From positions 1,447,197 through 1,511,196 of the forward strand of contig NC_090600.1 in NCBI RefSeq assembly GCF_000497125.1: a stretch of 64,000 nt of DNA, given 5' to 3'. The position numbers and the translations under genes are program-made. Origin of the DNA: Spironucleus salmonicida. Taxonomy: Eukaryota. Under the pieces are notes generated by a model. That model was not told the DNA's origin. It saw only the letters and a list, made by a program, of their open reading frames with translations, and did no database searches. Of the stretch, positions 13,749 to 27,573 are shown one piece after another (the first letter of the stretch is position 1; every line of letters starts with the position of its first letter).

Positions 13749-14492
13749 TCAATCATCAAATTTTTCCTCAGAACTACTTTCAGCAATGTTTTATTCCGTT
13801 TACTATCTCAATTCATTTATTCCACTTATTTATTACATAGGAGTTAACGAAATTTATTATGAATCAACTTATAAAATTTGAGTCTGCTCAGCATATTAAG
13901 AATCTTTCTAATCTTGTTCTAATTAATCTTCATCTTCTTCAAACTCTTCCTGGATCTCCACTATTCCTTTGATGTATCCAATTTTTATTTCTTCAATTTC
14001 TAGTTTATCATTTATCTCCCTATACAAATATACTGTTAGGCTTTTGTTTTTAAATAAAATAACGGCAAAACCAGGGACCTAATCAACACCAGTCAAGCTA
14101 CCTGATTTAACAATCACCAAATCACCAAATCTTTCAACACCTAATTATCCACTAGTACACAGAACGTGGCATCGATGTTGTTTTGCAAAGTAAGATAACT
14201 ATTTTATATCATTCTATGGCACCATAGAGAAACCATTTGTTACCGTGATATTTAAGCCTTAAAATGCTCGAGAGTCGTATGGTAGAGATGAAAAGTCGTC
14301 TGCTGGACCTTAGCAATACAATAAATTGTCTGAAATATCTTTTAATATAGATATAGATTCTTAAGATGTAAAATTACCAGTACAGACAGCTGCTTGTACG
14401 TTACTTTTTGAAAGTTTAGAGCTGATTGTATCAGACAATGATGCAGCACGTGAAGGAATAAACAGATCACCTGTGACTAAAATAGTAGTCAT
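13749..14492 (-). CDS. VPS29: Retromer subunit Vps29 with acidic C-terminal extension
   Basis: MTTILVTGDLFIPSRA, VCTGN, GFSMVP, CHVLCTSG and KSGSLTG match the Vps29 pattern. It carries an E/Q-rich tail of about 65 aa. Confidence 0.88.
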
Positions 14493-14673
14493 TTGATTTA
14501 TAATGATTTATGATATTATTGTATTAATAGAATAATATTATCAATATATTATTAAAATAAATAATATTATTATATCATTTAATAAGTTAATTTTTTAATG
14601 ATTATCATATTTTAGTTTTATTAAAATTACACAAATGAAAAGATAAATCAATATAGATATAAAAAACAAATCA

Positions 14674-15120
14674 TCATCTTGTATCTCTGCAAATTAAGTA
14701 AACTTTTTAGCCATATTTAAATTTGCTTACTTACTCAACATCACATGTCAATACAAGTAGTAAACCACCAAATGATATACTTAAATTGACATTATTATCT
14801 TTTAACTGAACAAATTCAAAAACGGTTCCACACATAGCATAATTTACATCAGGAATAGCTTTTTGAATTAAAAATTCCCCACCATAAGCCTTATCTGAAG
14901 CCTTTAACGTTTTAGTATCATCAACACGTAGTTCACAGCAAACAGAAAGGTTGGTGGATGCATCAATATTACAAATTTGAGGGAATAATTTATCATGAAC
15001 ATCTAAAATAGCTGTAGAGGTAGAAGATTCCATTTCAACTCTAGTTATACAGTCATACTCTTTGCTACAATCAATCACATTTTTCACTGTAAATTTTGCT
15101 GTAAAAAGAGTCTTCTCCAT
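14674..15120 (-). CDS. RPB8: RNA polymerases I/II/III shared subunit RPB8 (RPABC3)
   Basis: LF...F.VK.V, YDCITRV, LDV...LFP, YAMCGTVFEF, SFGGLL, and VYL at the C-terminus after read-through of TAA. Confidence 0.9.
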
Positions 15121-15680
15121 GAATGAAGTGAAAAATAAAATAATTATTATAATTATATAATTTAATCATTAAAGTTTAAATATTAATTTTGATATTTATA
15201 TATAATAATTGTAAACGTGAGAAAATTATTAATTATATTTGAGTTATTGACCAACTCATTAAGGCATTTTTATTATACTAGTTAATTTTTACGATTTCAT
15301 CTTTCCTAGCTATATTTATCGGCTAAAATATTCTAGTATCGTGGCTATGTTTTAGAATACATATTTCGTTTTTATTAATAGTTTGCTTATTTATTTATAT
15401 CACCAACTTTAAATATCTTTATGATACATAGTATATGCCTTTAAAATTTTATCTTTTCTGATTTTCTATCTTGCCGCATACAATAAAATATACATGCAGC
15501 TAATTAAAAACAAACAAGCAAAGTAATATTTATATAAAATCACTTACGTTTTAAAATAAGTTTTATTATATATTAATAACAATGTTAATTTGTTATAAAT
15601 AAGCTAAATGTATTTATAATATAGAATATGATAAGTAAAATATGCATTATATAAACATATTAGAAACGAAAAAACTATTT

Positions 15681-15959
15681 TCATTCTTCGTTAAAACTCA
15701 TGAAAATACCAAACGATGTATCTTCATGATAAATATCTTTAGATACTATTAGTTATGTAGCTGTCTCCGGTGCAATGTTGATAGATTTACCTTTTTCTCG
15801 ACGTTTTATAGTTTAATGATAATGCACTACACACTATTTCTTGGTCCGCGTCGGTACTTAGTTTGCTACTCTAGTCCAATTTATCCACGATATATCAACA
15901 GTTGATAATGCATTCATAAGTTATGTAGTTTCACTTGAAGTCCAATTCTCTTGTTTCAT
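15681..15959 (-). CDS. Small Myb/SANT domain protein
   Basis: MKQENWTSSETTQLMNAL....INWTRVANQVPTRTKKQCVVHY is a single Myb repeat. Confidence 0.8.
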
Positions 15960-16142
15960 CTTATGGAACGGGAATCTATAAAATGCATAAATTATCTCTA
16001 ATTAAAGTATATATTAAAAATAGGAAATTGACGTATACCACAACAAACTCCACTTCTAATATTATATAATAGTACACACTTATTACTATATTAAACTTTT
16101 CAAGATTAATTTTACACAACGTATACAATACCATAAGAATTA

Positions 16143-16778
16143 TCACAAAGCTTTCCAGATATCTTTGAACATGAGAACATCATCATCCCTAATTTCCTGA
16201 ATATCCATAGAAATAGCATCCGTAAAATTGTCATTGTCTATTTCTTATTCAGCACTTATATCTCTTGGTTCAAGAAGAATTTCCATTAATGTCATTCCCA
16301 AAAAATGTTAGATATTATCTTCATATTCTATAAGAATTACACTCAAAAATTCTTAAAACTCTATCTCTTTTATGTATAGTTAGTATTCTAAAAGCTCCAA
16401 TATACATAGTTTGGCTATAGAAATTCGCTATGGTATGAAACCAGTTATCTTACTTAGATGTAGTAACTTTACGTCTAAACCATACATATCACATGCAATA
16501 CTATAACAGCATGCTAAAATCAAAGGTTTTGATGATTTTCTATTATTTAGTGTCTTAAGAACATTTTAAGTATATAGCAAAGCTAAGATTAAGGAAATTC
16601 TTTAGTTGATTAAACTAGAAAAACAGCAGGTAAAATCAAGAAATTCATTATCATCTGAAATCATTTATACATTATTAACTATAAATTCTGCAAATTTTCT
16701 TGTCGGCATGCATTTAATAATATCCAGTTGTCGGAATAAGACTGGATTTAATTAGTCTTCTTCTGTGTAATATGACAT
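16143..16778 (-). CDS. Cyclin-fold protein (Pho80/Pcl-like)
   Basis: LILALLY....L, LILACCYSIACDMY, LSKITG and ILELLEYQLYIK..F..F match the Pcl-type cyclin box pattern. Confidence 0.65.
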
Positions 16779-16908
16779 TTATTAATTTGTTAGAGTAGAG
16801 TAGTTTAGCCAAAATGAAATATATAAATTATTATGTTATAATAAACATATATATTGTAATTATGTTTATAAGTATTAAAATATATTAATTTATTATGTAT
16901 ATTAATAA

Positions 16909-19900
16909 ATGCAAAGATTATCAGAGTCTATGGATATATTGTTAAAGGCATTCTTATAAACAGACTTTGGTGGTGAGTTAACTCCAGTACTATCAAAATA
17001 TGAAGAGTCGTTTTAGAGATAATAGCGAGAAGAATTTGCAATAGATTTTTATCCGACTTTATATTCAGAATTTTTACCAATAATGGTTATTGATTAACCA
17101 GTATAGTAATATTATCCGCCTGTGAATATTAAATAAAATCTTAGTTTATAAAATAAACTTAAAGTTTAAAGGCCTTAATCTCATAAATCGAAAGTTATTA
17201 AAAAATTTACATAAGTAGAGTTTAAGCTAAACGAGAGCGAATTAGATGAAGGCTAAAATTATCCAATGTATCCTTCTATGACTTAACAAAAAAACTATAT
17301 GCCATTAAATCGAATATAGATGAAAAATACGTTACCACTACCATTAGTTTAACCAGATAGATAGTTGGAAAAGTCGACAAATTACGATGTAGAATTCGAT
17401 TTTGATGAAATAGAAGCAGGTACAATTTTTCTTTAGAAATTCTGTAAAATGTATTTTATAAAATGTAATTACCATAAATAAAAATAATCTGCTTTGTTTA
17501 TTTAACGATTATTCAAAGTATTTAATTAAAGAAATTAATTTTTAAAAATTTTATATGATAAAACAGCCGAAAATTAGGAACAAGGTATACTATCGTAACA
17601 AAATGGGTGTAAAACAGTTATGTAAATAAGCTCTGAAATAAAAATACGCAATACAGCATGTTAAAAATTTTTTACTGAAATTTTTGCATATACTATTCCT
17701 AAAAATTAATTTTTCTTCCCAATTGAAATGTCAGACTTGTATTCTGTATTTTGGGAAAATAAATTTGAAAAATAAATTATTTCCTCCCTCAATATAAGCG
17801 AAAGTAAGCCTGAGCTTGAACCAGTAAGTAATGTATTAAAATTAAAATTTAATTTTCATGTAGATCCACTTATAGACTATTTCTTAGTTTTATCTCCAAC
17901 AGTTGATGCTTTTAGGGAAAGTTATAGATCTACTGACGTTTCACCAGTTTTAAGTACCTTATCTTTAGCATCTGGTTCAATGGCAGGTTCTTTAGTAATA
18001 TTATGCCGTAATGAAGTAAAAATAGCATACCCGCAATAACTACTACATATTACTGCACCAATTTGTATTATCAATGTACTTGAGGAGTATGATAATATTT
18101 AAAATTTAAGTTTAAATGAAGTTGATACACTGTAATTATTTTTGAGCAATGAAAAAGCTTAAACTAAATTTCGTAAATTTAAAAATACTTTATTTCTTTA
18201 AAGAAAGAACTTCAAAAATAGATATGTGTAATTAGGTATGTTGACATCAAATTTTTATACCTTTAATCCGATTATATAATAAAAATAAATTAAAATTTTT
18301 TCAGAAAAGTTTAAAATTCCATTGTTGTTTAATGATCCCATCTAAACTAATTCGCTATATCTTGAAATATAAGATTACTTAGCTTAAAATTCAGAATTTT
18401 TTAAACAGATTGAGATAAATGATTCTGATTAATTATAATAAAATGAATAACGAGTGCTTGTTAGAGGCCATGGATTCCCAGATTTATTATAACTTTCACA
18501 TTCTTCTATAGATTCGTATTTAGTATAAGTTAAAAAGGTTACTAAAATTTCAAGAGAAATGAGTTCATAGCTACCAACAGGAAAAAAATCAAAACGTGTT
18601 CTGACAATGTCTGGACTTAGAGCAAGAGTAGCATCAAAGGATTAATAAAAAGCAATACAGTAATCTGAGCCAGATAGAGATATATAAATTGAAGTTTATG
18701 ATGGTGACTTTTTTATTGATGAACAATCAGTAGAAAGTATCAAAATAATGGGTGATTTACCGGTAACTAATTTTAACAATGAAGAACTTAATACTATAAT
18801 AACTATACAAATGAAGGCTTTACTCCCAATCAAAGATGTGGATCTGATTGATGATAATATTAATGAAAGAGTTACAAAGCATATACTTAATAAAATTTCA
18901 TATGATTAACTTACCATTAGAAACCCATAAAATTATAGACTAATGTCATTAAATATGGAACTTTTTAAATATAAAATACGTCAAGAAATTATTACTCAAA
19001 AAACAATTGAAAAACAGATATTTGGTAAGAAAGAGACAGCCATTATTAATTTTAAGAGTCTTGATTAGTTTTAACCTCATGTTCCTGATTAATTTGAAAA
19101 TGAAATTTATGAGTAAGTTGAAGAAATTATAGAAGAAAAACTGTCTTATACGTCATCATTGGTTATTTTTATTGAGAATAATAATAACTCTGATATTTTA
19201 ATTACATATATAACATCTTCTTAAGATATTATTGAGCGTAAACACTCTATTCCATTTAGATCTCATGGTTGGGTTTTTCCTGCCCCTATTTCTATTTTTA
19301 GTGATTTAAAAGCTGCTGCAATTCCAATAATAAATTTGCTTGTTAAAGATAATTTTTGTGGATATGCTACTATATAATTTTTAGTAGGTCCAAAAATTGA
19401 GCCTTTTAATGTATTATTTGGTATAAATTAACATTTGTTGTAATTTTTAAGCATTTAAAAGATATGCAGTCTTAGATTTGATTAAATAACTGGTATGATA
19501 TAATAACTTGATAAATTTGGAGTTTCAACTAAAAATATAGATTAAAAAAGTATTTTATGTATTGATATTTGTCATGAGTTAATTAGAAGAAGTAATATTT
19601 AACAACTTAAAAATCTAGTTTTAAGTAAATTTGCATTTGATAATATTGATAAAATAGGATGGTTATATGATTGGGCAGATGATATTTTTGCTATAAATGT
19701 AGGAAACAATCTTGATATATAGAAATAGGAGGCTAATAATCTTGTTAAAACTGTTTTAAAAGTTTTACATGCCTAATTTTCAAATGCTGTAACAAGTATT
19801 AGTTAAGGTGTAGATAGGTTCAAATAAATGAGTTACCAGTAGATACGAAATGTAGAAATGGGTAGTAACTGTATTGGTATATTGAAGAGTTTAGAAATTA

Positions 19901-19917
19901 GTAATAATAAAAAGTGA
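16909..19917 (+). CDS. Large IQ-motif protein (possibly IQCH-like)
   Basis: ORF of about 1002 aa with two IQ-like motifs (FLQKFCKMY, FIQRLFKVF). The stop lies in AAGTGA. The IQCH assignment is tentative. Confidence 0.6.
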
Positions 19918-20285
19918 GAGTATTTTATGTTAATATATGTATTTCATCATGGAATTTATTTTACAAATGAGTTTTACCTAGTTTATTATGTTATAGTTTA
20001 AGTTAAAATATATATTAATTAGTGTTTCCATTCAAATGGTAATTGCAAGTTTTTTAGTAGATTAAAATTACAACATGAGTGATTAGGTTGGTGTTTTATA
20101 ATGCAGCTGAGGAACCAATTCAAATGTAATTAATATAACTAATTTTATACAAATATTATATTTTAGTAATATTGTTTATATATTAAAAATTAATAATCAA
20201 AGTTAGGGAGAAACAAATATTAAATTTTAAATATATAATTTTTATAGTTACCCTTTCATTTTCATTCCTCCATTCCATTAAGACT

Positions 20286-22202
<1,917 letters not shown>

Positions 22203-23408
22203 TCACTCTTGTTTACACTTTTTAGCCAAAATTCGCCCTTACTCAAACAGATAGTTAAGTTGTTCATCATTTGCCTTACACTTGAATTAAAAACCACCTT
22301 TGTCATAAACTTCACATTTGCAGTTTTCAAGCTAAAGAACTATCTCGTTTAGTGCCTTCCAATTCCAGCCTCCGTTAACAAATCCGTATGCAAGTTTTCC
22401 CTTAAGAAGTGTGAGACCACGCAAATAACCTAAAGCTCCGTCGATAAGTGGCATCATTCCACTATTGAACGTTGGAGATGCCACACAAATTCCTGCTGCA
22501 TCATAGGAATGGAGGGCGATTTGAGTGAGGTTTGTGGCTTTGACATTAGCTAATACAACTTAGAAATTCATGCTTCTAACTCCTTCTGCAAAAGATTTAA
22601 CTGCTTTTGCTGTGTTTCCATACATTGTGTCATAAATAATCAAAATTTTATCTTTTATATGCGTTCTATTCGCATATGCATTATACTCTTCTAACGGATA
22701 TTTTATAAACTCATTACGCCAAGATAGCCCATGTGCTGTTAAAAGATATGAAACTTTGAGGTTTTTCAATGAATCTATACATTTACGAATAGGTCCTGGA
22801 AATGGTCCTAAAATGTTAGCTATGTATTCACGCAATAAGTGCATAACTCGAGTTAACGGGAGTTCATCCGCCCATCGGTCACACGATGCTATATGTTAAC
22901 CAAACCCATCATTTGTGAATATAATTTCGTCGTATGCTGAATATGTCCACATAGATTCTGGCCAATGTAACATTGTTTAAGGAATGAATTTTAATATTCT
23001 TTTACCTATTACTAATTCTGAACGTGCATCAATTATCTGAAAATCTTAATGTTAAATTGTTGGATACATTTTAATGAGGTAATCTTTACATTTCTAATTA
23101 CAAACTATTGTTGCATTTTAAAGATAAGGTACTAAAATAGGAAGTGCAGATGTATGATCACCTTCTGCATGATTAATAACAAGATATTTTATAGCATCTA
23201 ATGGAACTATTTATTCAATACGTGTAATTTATTCCATGCTAAAAGGAGCTTTCACCGAATCAATAATTGTAGGAAACTAATCTAAAATTAAGTATGAGTT
23301 ATATGACGAACCCTCTGCAGTATCATAACCATGAAATTTACGTACCGACCAGTCTGTAGCTCCTACAAAATAAATATCTGGAAGCATTTAGTTTGTTGAA
23401 GTCTTCAT
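22203..23408 (-). CDS. fprA: Flavodiiron protein (A-type flavoprotein, O2/NO reductase)
   Basis: [31 protein letters not shown] and AHG in the metallo-beta-lactamase domain, then flavodoxin YDTMYGNT and ASPT. Confidence 0.95.
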
Positions 23409-23471
23409 TTAAACGAATACAAAATAAACAATTAATACTAAAATATATAATAATAATAATAATAATAAAAG

Positions 23472-24611
23472 TCAACCCATGAAACTATCTACTTAGAACT
23501 TCCAAACACCATTATTTGGATCATATTCTATCAATCTACCGCCATTTTTACCAGTAATTTCAGAAATATTTCTAGTATAATCCGCCACATCAGCACCTGG
23601 TGGACATTAAATTCCATATAAAGTAACTTCTGCAGGAACGTTGAGTTAGTATCCTGTTTGCTAAGTGAAAGTCAGATTGCATAACTTCCAGTCAATAGAA
23701 ACTACAGTGTCAACATTGACATTTGTTAGATTGACCGGATATAGAAATCTGAGACTACCAACTAACTAATTATTCTCATATTTGTAAACAGCGAAATTCT
23801 GAACCTACTAAAGTTATTAATCTGTATAAAGTTGCAACTATTAAATACTCGGGAAAGTGGTGTAATTAGAACACAGTGGTGCCCTAGGGTTGATGAAGTC
23901 TACATGTTGTTACATAATGTTTACTTAGTGAACGCCAATCTAACCAAAATTCTAGTTAGCCTTATCTACGTGGAAATCAGATTAAAAAGCAGAATTTTAT
24001 AGCTATGTTACCTAAGAATGGTCAATTTACGACATGAAAGTAGGTGCAGCAATCTCCTGTGACTTCTGCTGCAACAGTGCTGATTGAAGCGAATCCAGAA
24101 GCTTTTTAGAATTAGGTGAGTTGGGAGGTTGTTGTTATTATTATTACTATAACTGGCTTCCCGTCATGTCCTAACGCATTTTCTCAAGCAAAGTTCCAGT
24201 ACGCAATGAGCGTGAGTTATCAAGAGCTGTTTACAAAAGATTTAGTTAGTCAATAGAAGTAATGCCAGGAGGAGGTTACAACACTTAATTTGGTTACTAA
24301 GTACCAAAAGGGTTTGGAGGCTGGCCAAATGATGTTTGGGATTGTGTACCAAAAGGTTGCTAGGTCTATCCGAAAGAGGGAATAATTGATTGCTAAGGTT
24401 AACCCCAGGCAGCTGTAGCTGGTTGCTATTGGGCCCCCCAACCTTACTATTGTTATTGTTGCTATTGTGCAAGAAATTGAGGGCAAGTGCGTTAGATGTA
24501 GAATTCTGACAGAGAGAATACTTATGAGTTGTAAAGATTTTATTGTGGTTATGGTACCTACGGTACCATTGCTTGAGGTTAAGCCATGTTATTTAAATTA
24601 TTTCTGAACAT
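23472..24611 (-). CDS. NUP98: FG-nucleoporin of Nup98 type with C-terminal autoproteolysis/NPC-targeting domain
   Basis: Q-rich N-terminal half with SFG/PFG/WG repeats. C-terminal domain Y.T.PS...L, V.NF.V, G.L.F..PVNL, LNVPAEVTL and YDPNNGVWKF.V. Confidence 0.85.
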
Positions 24612-24661
24612 TCGAAATTTTAAGTTATATTATAATTTATATAATATTTAATGTAATAAAA

Positions 24662-26116
24662 ATGAAAAGGTAAATATTTCCAGTATAGGTTTAAAAATCT
24701 GTTATTGGTAACTAGGATTAGGCAAGTTCAAATATATAATCTAATGTGAAATTAGCTCCTAAATAACCTTAAGAAATAATCATTTGTTAAATCTTAAAAA
24801 ATAAATTAGGATTTTATTTAGAAACTATTCATTAAATAGACGATTAATAGATCCCAATAGCCAAGTAGAAATTAGAAGATACCTCTGATATTGATTTTTA
24901 ACTTATTGAACTCTAAATTCATAAATTATTTATTTCTAAATGTAGATTATAGACAGTTGAAATCTCATAATTTTCTAGCCTAATTTCTTTAGATTTATCC
25001 TTTAATAGTCTAACTGAGCTTCCATTGTTACCTTACTCCCTTTTAAACCTAAATATTAAATCTAATAATATAATTAATATAAATTTACAAAATACTAAAC
25101 TAAATTAATTAGATATATCATAAATGTATCCAGTCATTACTACACTTCCTTCAACATTGAAGACGTTAATTTTATCTAATTTTTAGCTAAATATAACAGA
25201 CATATCATTTCTTAGTAATTTAGAGTCCTTATCGCTCAACTAATTAGATATAAATTCGCAAAAACGTCTATAAGATGTTTGTAAAGAAAAAATAAGTATA
25301 TATAAATATAACGAGGTTCAATTTGAATCGAATTTTAAACTTAATCTTTTTCATAACCCAACAGAAAAGTAATGTAAATTTCCTCAAAATTTACTCAAGA
25401 TAACTGCCAAAAATTGCTAAATTATAGATTTCAAGCTAGGTAGTCTTTAAAAGTTATAAGAATTAATTATTGATTCTAATACTATCTACTGTGACGATCT
25501 AGAATTACCAAAATGTTTGTTGTCGCTATCAATTAATAGCTGTAATATAGATTCGTTCGACTTTAGAAAGTTAAATTTAATAGAGATAAATGCTTCAAAT
25601 AATGTTTGTAAGACCTGCTTAGTACCTACTAATATTTAAAAACTAAATTTGTCGGGAAATATTTTCCTAAAGTAACTAAATTTTCCACTTTTTAATCTTA
25701 CACATTTGAATTTGGAAAATTGTACGAAACTATATATCCAGACGGAGCAAATTGGTAAAAATATAAACTTCTTAAACTTGTCTAAAACTAGGATCCGCCA
25801 CATTGATATCAACATATATACAAACTTACAAACCTGTATTCTACGGAATAACTCGCTCGATTATATGTTCGTGTACAAAAAGCGTAAAAGCAAAATAGAT
25901 GTCTCTGGTACAGAGTTTAGACTCACACCCATCATTATTAACTCATCTTTAAGTGGACATAGTGCAGAAAATTCAGTAAAATTCCCTATCAATTGCCGGC
26001 GTCTGCTCCAAAATCATGAGATCCTGCGTAATGACTCTGCTATTGCACGGCGTGCTGAACTGGTGGTCAAAATCACTGATTTACAGAATAAATTATAGGC
26101 CTTAATTGATCAATGA
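24662..26116 (+). CDS. Leucine-rich repeat protein
   Basis: Repeated LxxLxLSxNxL units (LISLDLSFNSLTELP, IQKLNLSGN, LQTCILRNNSL). Confidence 0.8.
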
Positions 26117-26131
26117 TATCTCACTTCTTAC

Positions 26132-26332
26132 TCACTTTAACATCTCGTGTGTAGGTAGTGGTGTTGTGATGAGTATTTCTTGTTATATCTTCTGCAACAT
26201 TCGTGACCTGAGTTATTGCTGAGTTTTGCTATGGTGAATGTTTAGCAGTATCTAAATAGTTTTAAAGATGATAATGGCCATGCATACCATGGATAGAAGT
26301 ATAAGCGTGGGAATTAAAATCTTCATGCTCAT
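26132..26332 (-). CDS. Small hypothetical membrane-anchored protein (66 aa)
   Basis: MSMKILIPTLILLSMVCMAIIIFK..; the stop lies in AAGTGA. The ORF is short and a second frame is also open. Confidence 0.4.
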
Positions 26333-26400
26333 AAGATTTGTTAGTAAACCTAGTAGGATAAAATATATTATTATATGATTAAAAGTACTATAGGTTTAAA

Positions 26401-27138
26401 ATGTACTCAGGAAAATTGCACACCAATTCACCTAATAGAGTATTTGGATGGTCTAGATATGGAAGTGGTTAGGGTTCTTAAGTATAAAAAGGTAAAGAAC
26501 TAACAACTTCAAGTTAATTAGTAATTCCTACTTACATGCGTAAATCTGTTTTTAAATCCTCTTTAGGCTTCCAAAAGAATAATATTTAGTCAAGAGATAG
26601 ATTAGAATCATTTTAAATTGATAACTTGATAAAAATGGGCGCACCGATTGCTAGTAAGCTTACTACTAGTAATAAAAGTCTGAAAGTAAAGCCAGAAATT
26701 AAGGTTCCGAAAAAAGTAGATAAATTGATAACATATAATTTATTAGAAATATAAGGAATACTTAAAAATACGAAAAATAGAATTGACGTAATAAATTTAA
26801 TTATAAAGTTGTCCGAAACTGAGTTTAAAAATAAAACTTTTGACTACAAGCCTCTTACTTTTCATTAGAAAGTATAAAAGAATTAAAAAACTAACTCTAT
26901 ACTTAAAAGTGAAAATGTAATAGTATCAAACGCAATTAATTAGTTTTATTAATAAAAGAAAAAACAATGCCCTGTTGGTGAGGATTTTGTTGATTATCTT
27001 AATAACTTAAAAATAGCTAATAATTATAATATAACTGTGATAAAGTCATTAGAAGATATTGCAAATGATATATTTTTATAGTTTATTCACCATTTTGATA
27101 AAGTTATGATTAAGGCAAAAGCTGAGAAGATGTATTGA
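26401..27138 (+). CDS. Hypothetical protein
   Basis: 245-aa table-6 ORF, K-rich. Confidence 0.65.
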
Positions 27139-27573
27139 GTTAGTTTGTTTACTTTCTTACTGAATCATAATAGTTAGTATACTAAATTATCAAATAATAT
27201 TATATACAACGTTACAATTTCAAAATATATTCCTTGAAATCATTTCATATGAAATTATTTGCATACGTATTGTTTCAAATTCTCTATAACTACTTTATCA
27301 TAAAATATCAGTAATTGTTTTCATTAGATTCATACGATACTATTCCATATCAGATTATGTATATTATAATTTACTACAACTTTCTAACCAATAAATGTAT
27401 TCAACACCTACATATTCTAATCATTTATAATGATAAATTTGATTAAATTTAAATAATAAAGTGAATGCTTAAATATTTCTTAAACTAGTGACAAGTCAAG
27501 CAACAATATATTATGTGAGAGCATAAATCGAATTTAACAAATAAATTTGTATAAACAATTTAAAATTGATCAC

